Positions 1 to 11,267 of a DNA stretch of 64,000 bases are shown piece after piece. A model generated the notes under the pieces. That model was not told where the DNA came from. It was given only the letters and a program-made list of their open reading frames with translations, and did no database searches. Source of the stretch: Caecitellus pseudoparvulus (taxonomy: Eukaryota > Protista > Bigyra: Bicosoecida); NCBI GenBank assembly GCA_965644315.1, contig CBFFRQ010000002.1, forward strand, positions 1-64,000. Reading direction: 5' to 3'. Position 1 is the stretch's first letter. Every line of letters starts with the position of its first letter. The translations under genes and the position numbers were made by a program.

Positions 1-198
1 GTCGTGGCCCCAGTCACCGCCCGCAAGGCGCCCAAGGCCATCGCTGCCGCCGCCTCCGCTGGCGCCTCCGTGGCTGTGTTGGTGGGACAGGCCGAGGCGG
101 CAGTGGGGAGTGTCGCCTTGCGGCACTTGCATTCCAGACAGCAGGTGACAGTGCCAGTGCATGAAGCAGAGCAGTCGCTGCAGCGCCTGCTGCGGTAG
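1..198 (+). CDS. 3' end of a class IIa aminoacyl-tRNA synthetase (HGTP anticodon-binding domain), most likely histidyl-tRNA synthetase; 5'-truncated by the window edge
   Basis: Frame +1 reads KAIAAAASAGASVAVLVGQAEAAVGSVALRHLHSRQQVTVPVHEAEQSLQRLLR*. This fits the HisRS C-terminal pattern (K..A...GA..av.vG..E...g.V.l+.L....Q..v.......l). Stop TAG at 196-198. Confidence 0.55.
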   Translation, partial: VVAPVTARKAPKAIAAAASAGASVAVLVGQAEAAVGSVALRHLHSRQQVTVPVHEAEQSLQRLLR

Positions 199-218
199 TG
201 GGCCGGCAGCAGCTCCCG

Positions 219-1684
219 TCAGCTGTCTGCAGCGGGCGGCGTCGCTGGTGGCGCGGGGGGGGGCGGCGCCCACAGCGCCACGGAGCTGTCTGCAGACGCG
301 ATGAGGGCGCAGGAGGGGTGCATGGCCACCGCTGTGACGGGGCCGCTGTGCTTGGCCAGTTCGCTGATGGTGAGCTTGGGGTCCACGCTGACGCCTGCGG
401 GGGGAGAGATGGCCGACGCCTCCGCCCCCAGCGGGTACGCCGTGGGGGTCCACTTCTTGAGCTCTTGCCTGTACTCCACGTTGGCGAAGGTTTGGGCGGC
501 CAACTCGTCGGCAGTCGGCGCCTGGGGCATCTCGTGCATGTCGTACGCCCACACCCGCCCCTGTTCATTCCCCGTGACCAGGAAGCGGCTGTCGGGCGTC
601 ATGACGCAGCCGCTGCCCGCCAGGCCGTGCGTGGAGGCGACGGTGACCTCGGGCAGGGCGTCCTTCGGGTCCTCGCACGGCGACGCGTCCAGCACAATGC
701 AGCCGTGTTGCTCACAGGCGGCGACGAGGAAGCGGTTGTCGGCGGAGAAGGCCAGCCCCTGGAAGTGCAGGGGGCGGTGGGGGGAGGAGGCCACGCGGCT
801 GCCGCCCTCCCGTGTGGCGATGCGGCGCGAGGCGAAGGGCGCGTGGGCGTTGCGTGCGTCGAACAAGGACACAGTGTGGTCGGGGCTGGCCACGGCGAAC
901 ACTTGCCCGGAAGGGTCCACCCCCACGCTGCCACGCCCCAGCACGCCACTGGTGACCTTCTTGCCGCGCGCCGCCTCCACGTACTTGTTCAGGCTGCCAT
1001 CAGGCAGGGTGGGGGAGGGGTACGCCAGCATGCCGGTGTGGGCGCAGTTGGGGCTGCGCACGTCCACAGGCGGAAGGTGCCGTCCAGGCTGGAGGTGAGG
1101 AGGGTGTCGCTGCCAGGTCGCATGGCGATGTCCGTCACCGTCGCGACGTGCCCCTTGAAGATGCGCACGACCTTGTTCTCGTACAGGCTGTGGTACATGA
1201 GCATGCCTGCCCAGCAGCGGTGCGAGGAGGGCGTGTGAAGCATAGCAGGTGCTTGGAGCGGCCAGTGCTTTGCACGCACCTTGCGCACGAGCGCTGTTGG
1301 TGCCGTCGTACCGCCCCGCAAAGAGGACGAACTGGGAGTGGTGTGTAAACGTCACTGCCTGGCAGCCTGATGCCTTGAAACTGTACACTGCTTCCGGCTT
1401 GCCTGTGCGTTGGCGTGGGATGAGTGCTTGGCCTGGCCGAATTTCCGCACGCTGCCCCGCCTTCCCACGCACCGTCAGAGCTGCGAATGACCTGCACGGT
1501 GCGATCGTTGAAAGAGCCGGCCAAGTACATGCCATCGTCGCTGAAGCTGAGCTTGTTGCAGCGCCGGTCCTGCGCCTGCTCCGCCTTCCAGCTTGCCATT
1601 GCCGGCGTTGTGCAGGACAGCCGACGGCAGGAAGCTGCCCAGCAGCGCAGGGGTCAGGGTGACCGGCCCGCTGGACGCCGCCAT
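219..1684 (-). CDS. WDR82: WD40 protein WDR82/Swd2 (COMPASS / PP1-PNUTS subunit); multi-exon, with apparent frameshifts
   Basis: Segments in different frames are collinear with WDR82: VTLTPALLGSF, NKLSFSDDGMYL..SFND, GKPEAVYSFKASGC..VTFTH, YHSLYENKVVRIFKGH..V..IAM.P..DT.L.SSLDGT.RLW, DVRSPNC, VDPSGQVFAVA, GLAFSADNRF, TPDSRFLVTGNEQGRVWAY, KHSGPVTAVAMHP...ASADSSVALWAP. Two GT-AG introns lie near 1407-1470 and 1215-1280. Frame breaks occur near 1570-1600 and 1065. Confidence 0.85.
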
Positions 1685-1781
1685 GCCTGCCGTGGAGCGT
1701 GAAGTGTGCGGCACGGGGCGGAGTGGCGCCGGCGGCAGGCTCGCTTGGGCGGTGCATTTGGAAGGGGGCAGTGGCAGTGTC

Positions 1782-3972
1782 TCATTTCTTGCTCGCGGCA
1801 GCAGCGGCAGCCGCGTCTAGGACAGAGTTCACCTTTGCGATGAGGGTGGCGACGACGTCGCTGTCTGCCAGCGTCGTGATGTCGCCCAGCTGGTCCGCCT
1901 CGCGGGAGGCGATCTTGCGCAGCACCCGGCGCATGATCTTACCCGAGCGAGTCTTTGGCAGGGCCTGCGTCAGGACGATGTGGTCTGGCGTGGCGAAGGG
2001 GCCGATGCCCTTGCGCACCTGCAGGCGCAGCTCGGACAGCAGGCCTGGCGTCTCCTGCACGCCCTCCACCGGCGTCACGTAGCAGCAAATGCCCTCGCCC
2101 TTGGTGCTGTGCGGGAAGCCAATCACCGCCGCCTCAGCCACGCTGTCGTGCTCCACCAGCACAGACTCGATTTCAGCGCTGCCCAGGCGGTGCCCTGACA
2201 CGTTCAGCACGTCGTCCACCCGCCCCGTGATCCACAGGTACCCGTCCTTGTCCCTGTACCCGCCGTCCCCCGTGAAGTAGTACCCCGGGAACGGCTTCAT
2301 GTACGTGTTCAAGTACCGCTGGTGGTCGCCGTACACGGTACGCGCCATGCCTGGCCAGATGCCTTTGACACACACCATGCCAGCCACGCTGTTACCCTGC
2401 AACTCCGCGCCCTCCTTGCTCAGCAGTGCAATGTCGATGCCAAAGAAGGGCAGCGTGGCGCTGCCGGCCTTGGTGGGGGTGGCACCGGGCAGAGGCGTCA
2501 CGATAATGCCACCCGTCTCTGTCTGCCAGTACGTGTCCACGATGGCGCACTTGCCGCCGCCGACGTGGCTGTGGTACCACCTCCACGCCTCCGGGTTGAT
2601 GGGCTCCCCCACGCTGCCCAGCACACGGAGAGAGGAGAGGTCTTTGCCCTCCAGGGGCTGCGTGCCGAAACGCATGAGGGCGCGGATGGCGGTGGGCGCC
2701 GTGTAGAACTGCGTCACCTTGTACTGCTGCACGAGGTCCCAGTACCGGCTGGGGTTGGGGTACGTCGGCGTGCTCTCGAACATGAGCGTGGTGGCGCCGT
2801 TGGCCAGGGGGCCATACACGATGTAGGAGTGCCCAGTAATCCAGCCACAGTCCGCCACGCACGCATACACGTCTCCCGGGCGCACGTCGAAGACGTACTT
2901 GTGCGTGAGCATGGCGTACAGGATGTACCCCGCCTGGGTGTGGGCGACGCCCTTGGGCTTGCCAGTGGAGCCCGACGTGTACAGCAGGAACAGGGGGTCC
3001 TCCGCATCCATGGTGACGGGGGCACAGTACGGCCGCGCTTTGGGCAGCTCCTCGCTCATCTTCACGTCCTTGGCGCCGTAGGACACCAGGTGGCTGCCCG
3101 TGTGCTGGTACACAAACACCTGCTCAATGCAGGCACACGCCGCCACCGCCGCGTCACATGTCGCCTTCAGGGGGATCGTGCGCCCTCCCCGCTTGCCCTC
3201 GTCTGCCGTCATGAGCCAGCGACACTTGGCGTCCAGGATGCGGTCCCGCAAGCTGTCGGCGCTGAAGCCAGCGAACACGACCGAGTGCACTGCGCCGATG
3301 CGCGCACAGGCCAGCATGGCGAAGGCCAGGTCGGGGATCATGGGCATGTAGATGGCCACCGTGTCGCCCTTGCGCACGCCGTGCGCCAGCAGCGTGTTGG
3401 CCACCTTGCACGTCTCAGCCAGCACTTGCTTGTATGTGAAGGTGCGGCTGGTGCCGGGCTCATCCCCCTCGTGGATGATGGCCACCTGGTCCCCCCGGTC
3501 TGCCAAGTGCCGGTCGATACACTGGTGCGACACGTTCAGCTGCCCACCTACAGGAGGATGGCGAGCGTGGCATGCGCCTGGGTGCAGCGCTTGGGCGCAG
3601 CGCTGGCCGCCTCACCTTCAAACCAGCGCACGTCGCCCTCCATGAAGCTGCCGCCGCACGTGTCCGTGAAGTCACGGAACCAGAACAGGTTCTCGCGCGC
3701 CATGCGGGCCCAAAAGCTGGAGGGATCCGTCACGCTCTCGGTCCACAATGCCTTGTACTCCTCCATGCTCTGGGCGGTGGGCGAAGGTGTGTGAGACTGC
3801 TGCAGCGGCGTGGTGGCAGGCGGCGGCAGCACCTCACTTGAATGTGCGCACCCTCTTGCGCGTGGGGAGGAACGGCATACTTCACTGCACCATCACGTTC
3901 GTCAATGTCCCCGTCGTCCACCCGGGCCTTCTTGGCGGGGCTCTCCGCGGTGTCAGTCGCAATCGCTGCCAT
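1782..3972 (-). CDS. acs: Acetyl-CoA synthetase (acetate-CoA ligase); exons 3972-3838, 3769-3616, 3547-1782
   Basis: Contains LYTSGSTGKPKG (AMP-binding), LGSVGEPINPEAW, DTYWQTETGG, GRVDDVLNVSGHRLG and LPKTRSGKIMRR. GT-AG introns at 3837-3770 and 3615-3548 join the frames to give ...WFEGGQLNVSHQCIDRH. Confidence 0.97.
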
Positions 3973-4377
3973 GCTTGCTGTCCAGCGTCCAGGTGCACTG
4001 CACCTCTGCCGGCTGCTGGCCTTTCACTGGGCAGGTGAGTAAGGGGGGTGGGCTACAGTGGGCTGCGTTGAATTGAATTCAGGCCCTGACCTGCATGAAA
4101 CGGCTGCTGTGTCCCTGCCCACGCTTCCTCCCGCTCCGGGGGCGCCAGCCACCCCTGCAAGGCCAGCCAGCCCGGCTGCGTTGCGGCGGGGTGGACGGCG
4201 AGAGTTGCAGGAGCACAGAATGTGAACCTTGCCAAAGCCAAAACACCTCATAGCCACTACTGCAGCGCGCACGCAATAGGTGCAGATAGAGTCCCTTACT
4301 TTAGGCTTCCACAGCCGCCAACGCCGCGTCGTCGTGCCGTTCCAAGGCGAGGAGCATCGCTCCTCAGCAACACCAGC

Positions 4378-5146
4378 ATGCGGATTTTGAGCATTTTGCT
4401 GGGTGCCGCAGTGGTCGCCTTGCTCGCGAGCCCCACCGTGTTAGCACGGGATGACCAAACCGACCATGTACATGCTGCATGTCTGCGTGCCTGTGTCCCC
4501 CCACAGTGGCCGAGTCTCGCAAGTACCACTGCAAGAAGTTCGTGAAGGTGAGGCAGAAGTCTGCGCAGTGAAACGCGCCATGCAGCGATGTCAAGCAGCG
4601 AGCATTGCCCCACTTCGCAGACTCGGCCAACTCCAAAAGTATGTGATGCACTGGAGCTTTGCGCGCACTCAGCCCCGAGCACACTGCCCGACGTGGCGCC
4701 GCCCGGCACAGGTGTTTCGCATTTGTGACTTGGCCATGCGCAAGACATTCTCCACTGCCTGCGCCAATGCTTGCAACCGTGGCGCTGCCGCCTGTGAAGA
4801 CTACAAGTCCACCAGTGCGTACGCTGCGCTGGAGGAGACGACCTGCAAGCAGTACGAGTACGTGCTGCCGAGGCCAACTATGAAGAACGTCTGCCGTGCT
4901 GGCTTCAAGATGGGCGGCTCCCTCGGGTGTGAGACTGGTGCGCGGGCACTGGCAGACGCCATGGCGGAGGAGGACGCCGCAGCCATGGCAGCCGCGTTCG
5001 AGGAGGAGGTGGGCAGTGATGCCAGCGCTAACGCTGAGCCGCTGGAAGACGAAGAGGCCGCCCTCGCAGCAGGAGGCGTCGATGAAGGAGTCAAGATTGA
5101 AGAGGAGGCGTCCCTGGAGGGCTCTGCAGAGGAGGAACACACATGA
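4378..5146 (+). CDS. Small secreted Cys-rich protein with an acidic C-terminal tail; probably 3 exons, first junction uncertain
   Basis: Signal peptide MRILSILLGAAVVALLASP. Internal exon ~4507-4547 (AESRKYHCKKFVK) ends at a GTGAGG donor. Acceptor CAG at 4711 opens VFRICDLAMRK...CANACNRG...CKQYEYVLPRPTMKNVCRAGF...GC, followed by a Glu/Ala-rich tail. The phase of the first intron could not be resolved cleanly. Confidence 0.6.
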
Positions 5147-5396
5147 GAACAGATGAGGGCTGTCAAAGGTAATACGACAAAGAATACATGACCCGTTCTA
5201 CTACAAGTTTCTCACCACTATCGTTATTGACGATTGGATTGGCGCTTTCGTTTTTAGCGATTGCATAGCCTACCGGCGAGTAAATTACACTGAATACAGT
5301 CGCAGGGAAGTGTCCTGCGCACTCTTCAGCTCTTTGTTTGTCTTTGCGGCCCAGGCGGTGTCGCCCTTAGCTTGAGAGTGTCGTGCACAGGTGGAC

Positions 5397-6941
5397 ATGG
5401 TTGGAGCAGGCAGATTCCTGTCTGCACTGTTGTGCCTTGCGGCAGCCTCCTTGCTGTGGCGGGGAGGCTCTGCACAGTACCCAGTGCCAGACTCCCTCAT
5501 TGAGTGTCCTGCGAATTTGACGTTCCCCGACACTCGTGTGGACACGACTGCGCTGCGCTTGGCCACGTGGAATATGGAGTGGTGAGTTGCGGAAATCGGC
5601 CGCTGCACCTGGTTGCACCAGGCTCGTCATGCAGGCTGCAGGGCACGTACGGGGTGCTCCACACAGGTTTTACGACGACAAGCCCCCTACGCAAACCGGG
5701 GCCCTCCCAATGACGCAGCGCTTCAAGAGCGCATCAACAATTTCACGGAGGTCATGGGGCAGCTGCAGGCCGACGTGTGGAACCTGAACGAAATCGAAGG
5801 GTGCTTCATGCTGAACCGCCTCTTCAACGGCAGCAGTCCCGCCCTACCCCCCGTCTACTCCGTCGCTGTGGGGCGCAGCGACGACACGGGCACGGGGCAG
5901 CACTTGGGCCTGCTCAGCCGGGTCCCCTTCACGGCGCCGCTGGCCTTCTCCACCGCCCGCGCCGACATCCCCCTGAACGACTCCCGCTGCGGCTGGGTGG
6001 GCAGCAAGACGACGGGCGCCAGCAAGCACTACGTGGCTCAGGTGTCCGCACCCCCCTTCGGCACCATCATCCTGGGCGGCGTGCACTTTAAATCCGCCCC
6101 CAACGACCCCCCCTCCTGCGCCCAGCGTGAGGGCCAAGCACAGGTGTTTGTGAACGCTGTGCAAGCAGCGCTGGACGCCGTGAGCGGCCCTGCCCACGTC
6201 GTGGTCTTTGGCGACTTCAACGACTTCAGCAACGCCGTGCCTGACGTCAGCGGCAGCCAGGCCAACTCTCGTGTTCTGGAGTGGGTCACGCGGCGCCTGG
6301 ATCTGCGGGCCGTCGCACACACCGTGCCACAGGGTGACAGGCACACGTGGGGCCCCAGCTCCTCCTTCCCGGCGTCGCAGCTGGACCACATGCTGGTGTC
6401 GCCGTCCCTCTTCCGGCACCTGGCCAGCGTGGACATCTACCGCAACGCCAGCACCTTCCCCAGCCTCAGCGACCACGCCCCCATCATCGCCACCTTCACA
6501 CAGAGCGCCAACCGCACGGTCCCTGGCCTGCCCTCTGCCTGTGCCTTCCTGCCCTTCAGCCCACCCTCCTGTGGCTGTGCCCCCGCCCCAGCCTGCTCCC
6601 CCAGTGCAGCCCCCTCTCCAGCCGCCTCACCCTCACCGCCCGCCACCCCCAGCGCATCCCCCTCCACCTCCCCAGCAGCGCCCAGCGGCGGCAGCAGTGG
6701 CAAGGACCCCGACGCTGGGGGTGTGTCTCCCGGTGCGACAGGCGGCATCGCCGTGGGCACGTTCCTCGTCGGCTTGGCGGTGGGGTGGCTCGTGCACATG
6801 TTCTGCGGTCCCCGCCGCTCGGGACCACCCCGCACCAAACTGCCCGACACCTACCAAGGCATGGAGGCGGGCGGGGGGCACCAAGGGCGCTCCTCCTCCG
6901 CGGCCCGTTCCGACCGCGTGGAGCTGGCACAGCAGGCGTGA
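5397..6941 (+). CDS. Type I membrane endonuclease/exonuclease/phosphatase (EEP, DNase I-like fold) protein
   Basis: Signal peptide followed by EEP motifs LRLATWNMEW, ADVWNLNEIE, VHFKS, VVFGDFND, QLDHML and SDHAPI. Then a Pro/Ser/Ala stalk, a TM helix (GGIAVGTFLVGLAVGWLVHMF) and a short tail. Intron 5582-5666. One extra C in the run at ~5683-5687 is needed to keep the frame. Confidence 0.85.
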
Positions 6942-7038
6942 GGGGACTGTACTGCCCGGCCAATGCAAGTAAGTGTGCTGCTGCTGAGCGTGGCGGCATC
7001 GTCGCGAGCCGTGCATTGGTGCGGCGACGGCAGCCGCC

Positions 7039-8598
7039 TCACCGGACCCACCCCCATTGCCCTTCGTGATGCTCCTGAGGCTGTCCAAAGCCTCATCGTC
7101 GCCGCCTGCCATGACGGGGTTGCCCTTCAGCATGACGCGGTAAATGGTGGGGATCTGCAGCAGCACCGGCGGCAGGGTTGTCATGGCATTGCCGTTGGCC
7201 AGCACTGTCTTGAGGCGAGTGCAGGATGCCAGGCCAGCTGGCAAGGTGGTCAGCTGGTTGGCGCCGACGTTGAGGATTTCCAGCGCTGCCATGGCGCCGA
7301 TGCCTTCGGGCAGGGCGGTGAGTTTGTTCCCCTTCAAGTTCAGCGTCGTGACGGCGGTGAGCGGAGCCAGGCGCGCGTCAGGCACCTCTGCCAGCTGGCA
7401 GGAGTTCTGCAGGGGGGGGATGCAGACCGCGTTTCGTGCAGTGCGTGGGAGTTTGGCGCTACAGGGGCGCCGTAGGGCGGCGACGCACCATGTCCAACAT
7501 CGTCAGCGCAGGGGCAGCGGAGCCCAAGTCAGGCAGCTCCGTGAGGGGGTTCTGGTGCAGCTGCAGCTGCTCCAGCGTCGCGGCAGGGCCAGCAAGGGAC
7601 GGCAGCATGACCATGGTGTTCCTGCACAGGCGGTCGTCGGTGTGTGGGGCGGTGCAGGGCTGCGGCTCGGCGTGTGGTGGGTGCACCTACGCAAAGGCTG
7701 CAATGCGCGTGACTGCCGTCCACTGCGACAGGTCCGGCAGTGTCTTGAGCCGGTTGTCGGCGACGTTGAAGTCCAGCATGGCAGCGCACTTGGAAATGGA
7801 CGCTGGCAGGCGGATGAGGGAGTTGTTGAAGAAGTTTGCTTCTTGCAGGTGGGTGAGGCTGCCGATGTCCTCGGGCAGCGCCTTGAGCTCGTTTTTGAAG
7901 GCGATGAGGACGCTCAGGCTCGAGCAGCCGCAGAGGGAGTCTGGCAGACTGGTCAGGCTGTTCTCGCTGACATCCAGGCGCTCCTGCGTTGAGTTGAGGG
8001 GGTGGGCCGGGTGTCGGTATGGCGCAGCAAGTGGGAGGTGCAGTGCCGCAGCAGCAAGCCGCGGAGGCCAGCTGCCCTGCAACTAGTTGCGGACACGGCC
8101 AGCGACAGCCCGCCACGCAGCCACCTCCACAGCGACTCATTAAGGCCACAGAGCGGGCTGTCCTCAGGCTGCGCTTGCAGCCTCGCCTGTCTCGGGCCTG
8201 GACACAAAGGCACGCACCAGGAGAGGGAAAACGCTCCCCAGCTCGGCCGGCAGCTCTGTGAGGAGGTTTTCGCTGGCATCCAGCTCCGTGAGGGCGCTGA
8301 ACACAAGCAGCTCAGGGGGAAACGCCGCGACCTTCTGCCCCTTGATGCTGAGCTTGCGCACAGCGCTGACGTCGGCGCCTTGCAGTGCGCTCAAATCCTC
8401 CAAGCTCACGCCGCTGGCCGCTGACAAGTCCAGGCCCCCTCCTGCCTGCGCGGCTTCCAGCGCAGAGGCGAGCTTGGAGGCGCCTCCCGACCCACTGGCT
8501 GCAGGCTGAGCGGTGTCCTGTGCAGGGTTCTTGACAGAGGTGCCCACGCCGACAGTGCTGCTGTCTGCTGTGGCAGCCTTGGAGCTGCCACAGCCCAT
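7039..8598 (-). CDS. Leucine-rich repeat protein with N-terminal myristoylation/palmitoylation motif; multi-exon, 3' end uncertain
   Basis: Starts MGCGSSK. Typical LxxLxLxxNxLxxLP repeats are spread over ~4-5 exons (LTELDASENLLTELP, LERLDVSENSLTSLP, LEILNVGANQLTTLP). The likely stop at 7039-7041 assumes one missing G in the run at 7051-7055 (...NGGWVR*). Confidence 0.8.
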
Positions 8599-8745
8599 GG
8601 TGCTGGGAGCAAAAACCGCAGGTGGCCGCCGGCGCACTGGCGGCAGATTTGCACAATGCAAGCGATAGCGAAGACGAGCTGCTTCTCGCACATGCACACA
8701 GCTGAGTGATTTGACGTTGAGAGACCCACCCGTACCGCGGCAGCC

Positions 8746-9498
8746 ATGTACAGGGGCCGTGGAGGTGGGCGAGGCGGCCGAGGCGGAGGCCGGGGGCGTG
8801 GGCGTGGGCGTGGCGGCGGCCGCGGGGGCTTTGGTGGCCGCGGGGGCTACGACCAGGGCCCTCCTGAGTATGTTGAGGGTGCGTGTGCTCGCGCGCTGGG
8901 CGTGTGGCGCGGGCGAGCGCCGGTGGGCTGCAGCTGCTGCACGCGTTGAATTTCCGCACCCCGCAGAGGTTGGCGAGTACCAGCACGAAGCGGAGGGCGA
9001 GATGGTGTGCAACAGCACCCACGAGAAGGTGCCCTACTTTAACGCGTACATCTTCCTGGAGAACAAGACCCAGATTGGCAAGGTGGAGGAGGTCTTCGGC
9101 CCCACCACACAGGTGGTGCGTGTTCCCGCCTGCTGGTGTGCCTGCATTAGGACCTCACCCCACCCCGCTCCCACCCCTCGCCGCAGATGTTCACCGTCAA
9201 GTGCTCCAATGGCGTCGTCGCGTCCTCCTTCAAGAAGGGTGACAAGGTGTACATTGCCCCCGACAAGCTCCTGCCCATGTCTCGCTTCCTGCCCCAGCCC
9301 AAGGGCAGTGGTGGCTCCAAGGGCCGCGGTGGTGGTCGCGGTGGTCGCGGAGGTGGTCGCGGTGGAGGTCGCGGCCGTGGTGGTCGCGGTGGCGGCTTTG
9401 GTGGCCGTGGTCGCGGTGGCTTCGGCGGTGGTCGTGGTGGTGGCCGCGGACGGGGTGGTGGCTTCGGCGGCCGTGGCCGTGGTCGAGGCCGCTACTAA
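8746..9498 (+). CDS. GAR1: H/ACA snoRNP subunit GAR1; exons 8746-8878, 8967-9115, 9187-9498
   Basis: N- and C-terminal RGG/GAR domains flank [18 protein letters not shown]....[25 protein letters not shown]...F.VK...[24 protein letters not shown]. Both GT-AG introns keep the frame. Confidence 0.97.
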
Positions 9499-9692
9499 GC
9501 CCCCCCCCTCCACCCCCCAAGCACAGTGTGCCGCAGACCCTCCCGTCAGGGTGGTTGAGCACCCCAAGCCACTCGCCAGGCACACAGGAACGACGGCCAC
9601 ACAAGCCGCAGTGGCTTCCCACCCCCCCTGCGGCAAGGCCACAGGGGCCCTCTGCTTGCCCAGCTGAAGAATGCACCGCCCTCGCACCCTGC

Positions 9693-10941
9693 TCAGCCGT
9701 CGCCACTGCCACCCCCCGCCTCGTCCTCGCTGCCCGAGTCTGAGTCTGACAGGGTGATGACGCCTCCCCCTCCCCCCTCCGCCAGAGCCGCGCTGACACG
9801 CTCACCGGTGGGGTCCGAGGTCCCCCCCCCCTCCTCCTCCCCCGAGGCACAGGCGTCAGGGGGTGCTGTGTAGGTGGCACGCCCCCCCCTCGCCCTCCAC
9901 TGAGCTACAGGGGGCATGCCCACCACTGCCCGCTTGGCGTTGGATGCCAGCGCACTGCCGGCACCGGCCTGGGAGAAGGGCGTGTGCAGCACATCCAACA
10001 GACGGCGCACTTTGGCCTCTCCCAGCCCCGGGCACGCACGCAGGGCGGCAGGGCTGGCTTTGGCCATGCCTGCCACAGAGTGGAATGTGTTCAGCAGCGT
10101 CAGCGCGTCGGTTTTGTTCACGCCCCGCACCCTGCCCAAGGCGCCTTGCACCGTTGCCACGAAGCCCTTCGAGGCCTTGGGCTTGATGGTCACCATGCCT
10201 TTCTTCTCGTACGCCTTGTATGTCTCCAGGTACCTGACGCGGCGCGCGTGTGCGGCAGTGTGGTGCCACGCGCTGACTCGCAACGCTGCGCTGACCGGAG
10301 TGACTCACCGAGCTGACTCCGCCGCTGACCACGTCACTATGGCGGTGAAATCATTCAGCACTGCCTGGTGACACAGCTCTTGCAAGGGGTGAGTGCTGTC
10401 ATCCACATCAATCTGCGCACTCAGGGTGGGGGCGGTGCGGAGAGCGTGACATGTGTGTGGCCACCGCTCACCGCACCTGGATCAGCAGCACACGCAGTTG
10501 AAACTCCGAACGCAAGCTCATCATGCGTTTGAAGGCATACTGTGGGTGCAGCAAGTGGTACCTGATGGAGATGAAGAGGGCGGCAGAGGTGGGGCTCAAG
10601 ATGAAGTCGGGCTTGATGTCAGCGTACTCCCACGCCACCTGGCGAACATGGGACAAGAGGGGGTTGCCCTGCTGTCGGCGTGCGACGAGTAGATTTGCAC
10701 CAGAGCCCACGGCATGGCGGGGGAGTGGCGGGCGGGGGTCTCCGCCCGCCACGGGGGCTGGTGCTGGCACAAGTGCTGCCGCAGGTGTTGGCGCTGACGA
10801 CGGCTCAGGCAGCGGCTGCGCGACGGCGCCAAACGCCGCTGCGAAGCTGCTGGACTGAGCAGGATCCGAAGTGGGCAATGACGGCTGCACTCGTCGCTCC
10901 TCTGCAGCAGCCTCAGCCGCCTCCAGGTCTGGAATGTCCAT
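9693..10941 (-). CDS. ERCC1: DNA excision repair protein ERCC1/Rad10; exons 10941-10477, 10412-10309, 10233-9693
   Basis: RQQGNPLL..VR.V.WEY.DI.PDF.L......LFIS.RYHLLHP.Y, LRVLL.Q.DV, W S..E.ARYLETYK.YE, and tandem HhH motifs (VRGVNKTDA.TLL; CPGLGEAKVRRL). Confidence 0.95.
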
Positions 10942-11267
10942 GGTCAGGCTTCGTGCACCGGTGGCCCGAGCAATTACCGCAACGCAGCGCCACCTGCCGC
11001 CCTGCACAGCAGTCAGGGAAGTGCGAGTGGGAGTAGAGTCCGTCTGACGCAATATGGAGGGAAAGGGTCGTGTCGGGACCAGGCAACTTCCCAGGCTGCC
11101 GCAGATTGCGAGTGCGTTTGGTTTTGGTAGGCGTGCTTCTCCAGCGAGGCTGGCTTGCATCCAAGTGCCGCGGAGGACCAAATCGCCGCCGCCTCGGCAT
11201 TGCAGCCCCGAGCCCCAGCCAACACAGCGCTGTCACTGCACGCGTCAGGAACCAACCTGACGCAGGC

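Noticed and set aside
219-1684. WDR82 as a pseudogene or programmed-frameshift gene
   Set aside because: The sequence is well conserved on both sides of each break and no slippery heptamer or stimulatory structure is evident. Similar breaks in neighbouring genes point to assembly indels.
9300-9495. GGTGGTCGC-type tandem repeats as a satellite or CRISPR-like array
   Set aside because: They encode the RGG domain of GAR1 and have no repeat-spacer structure.
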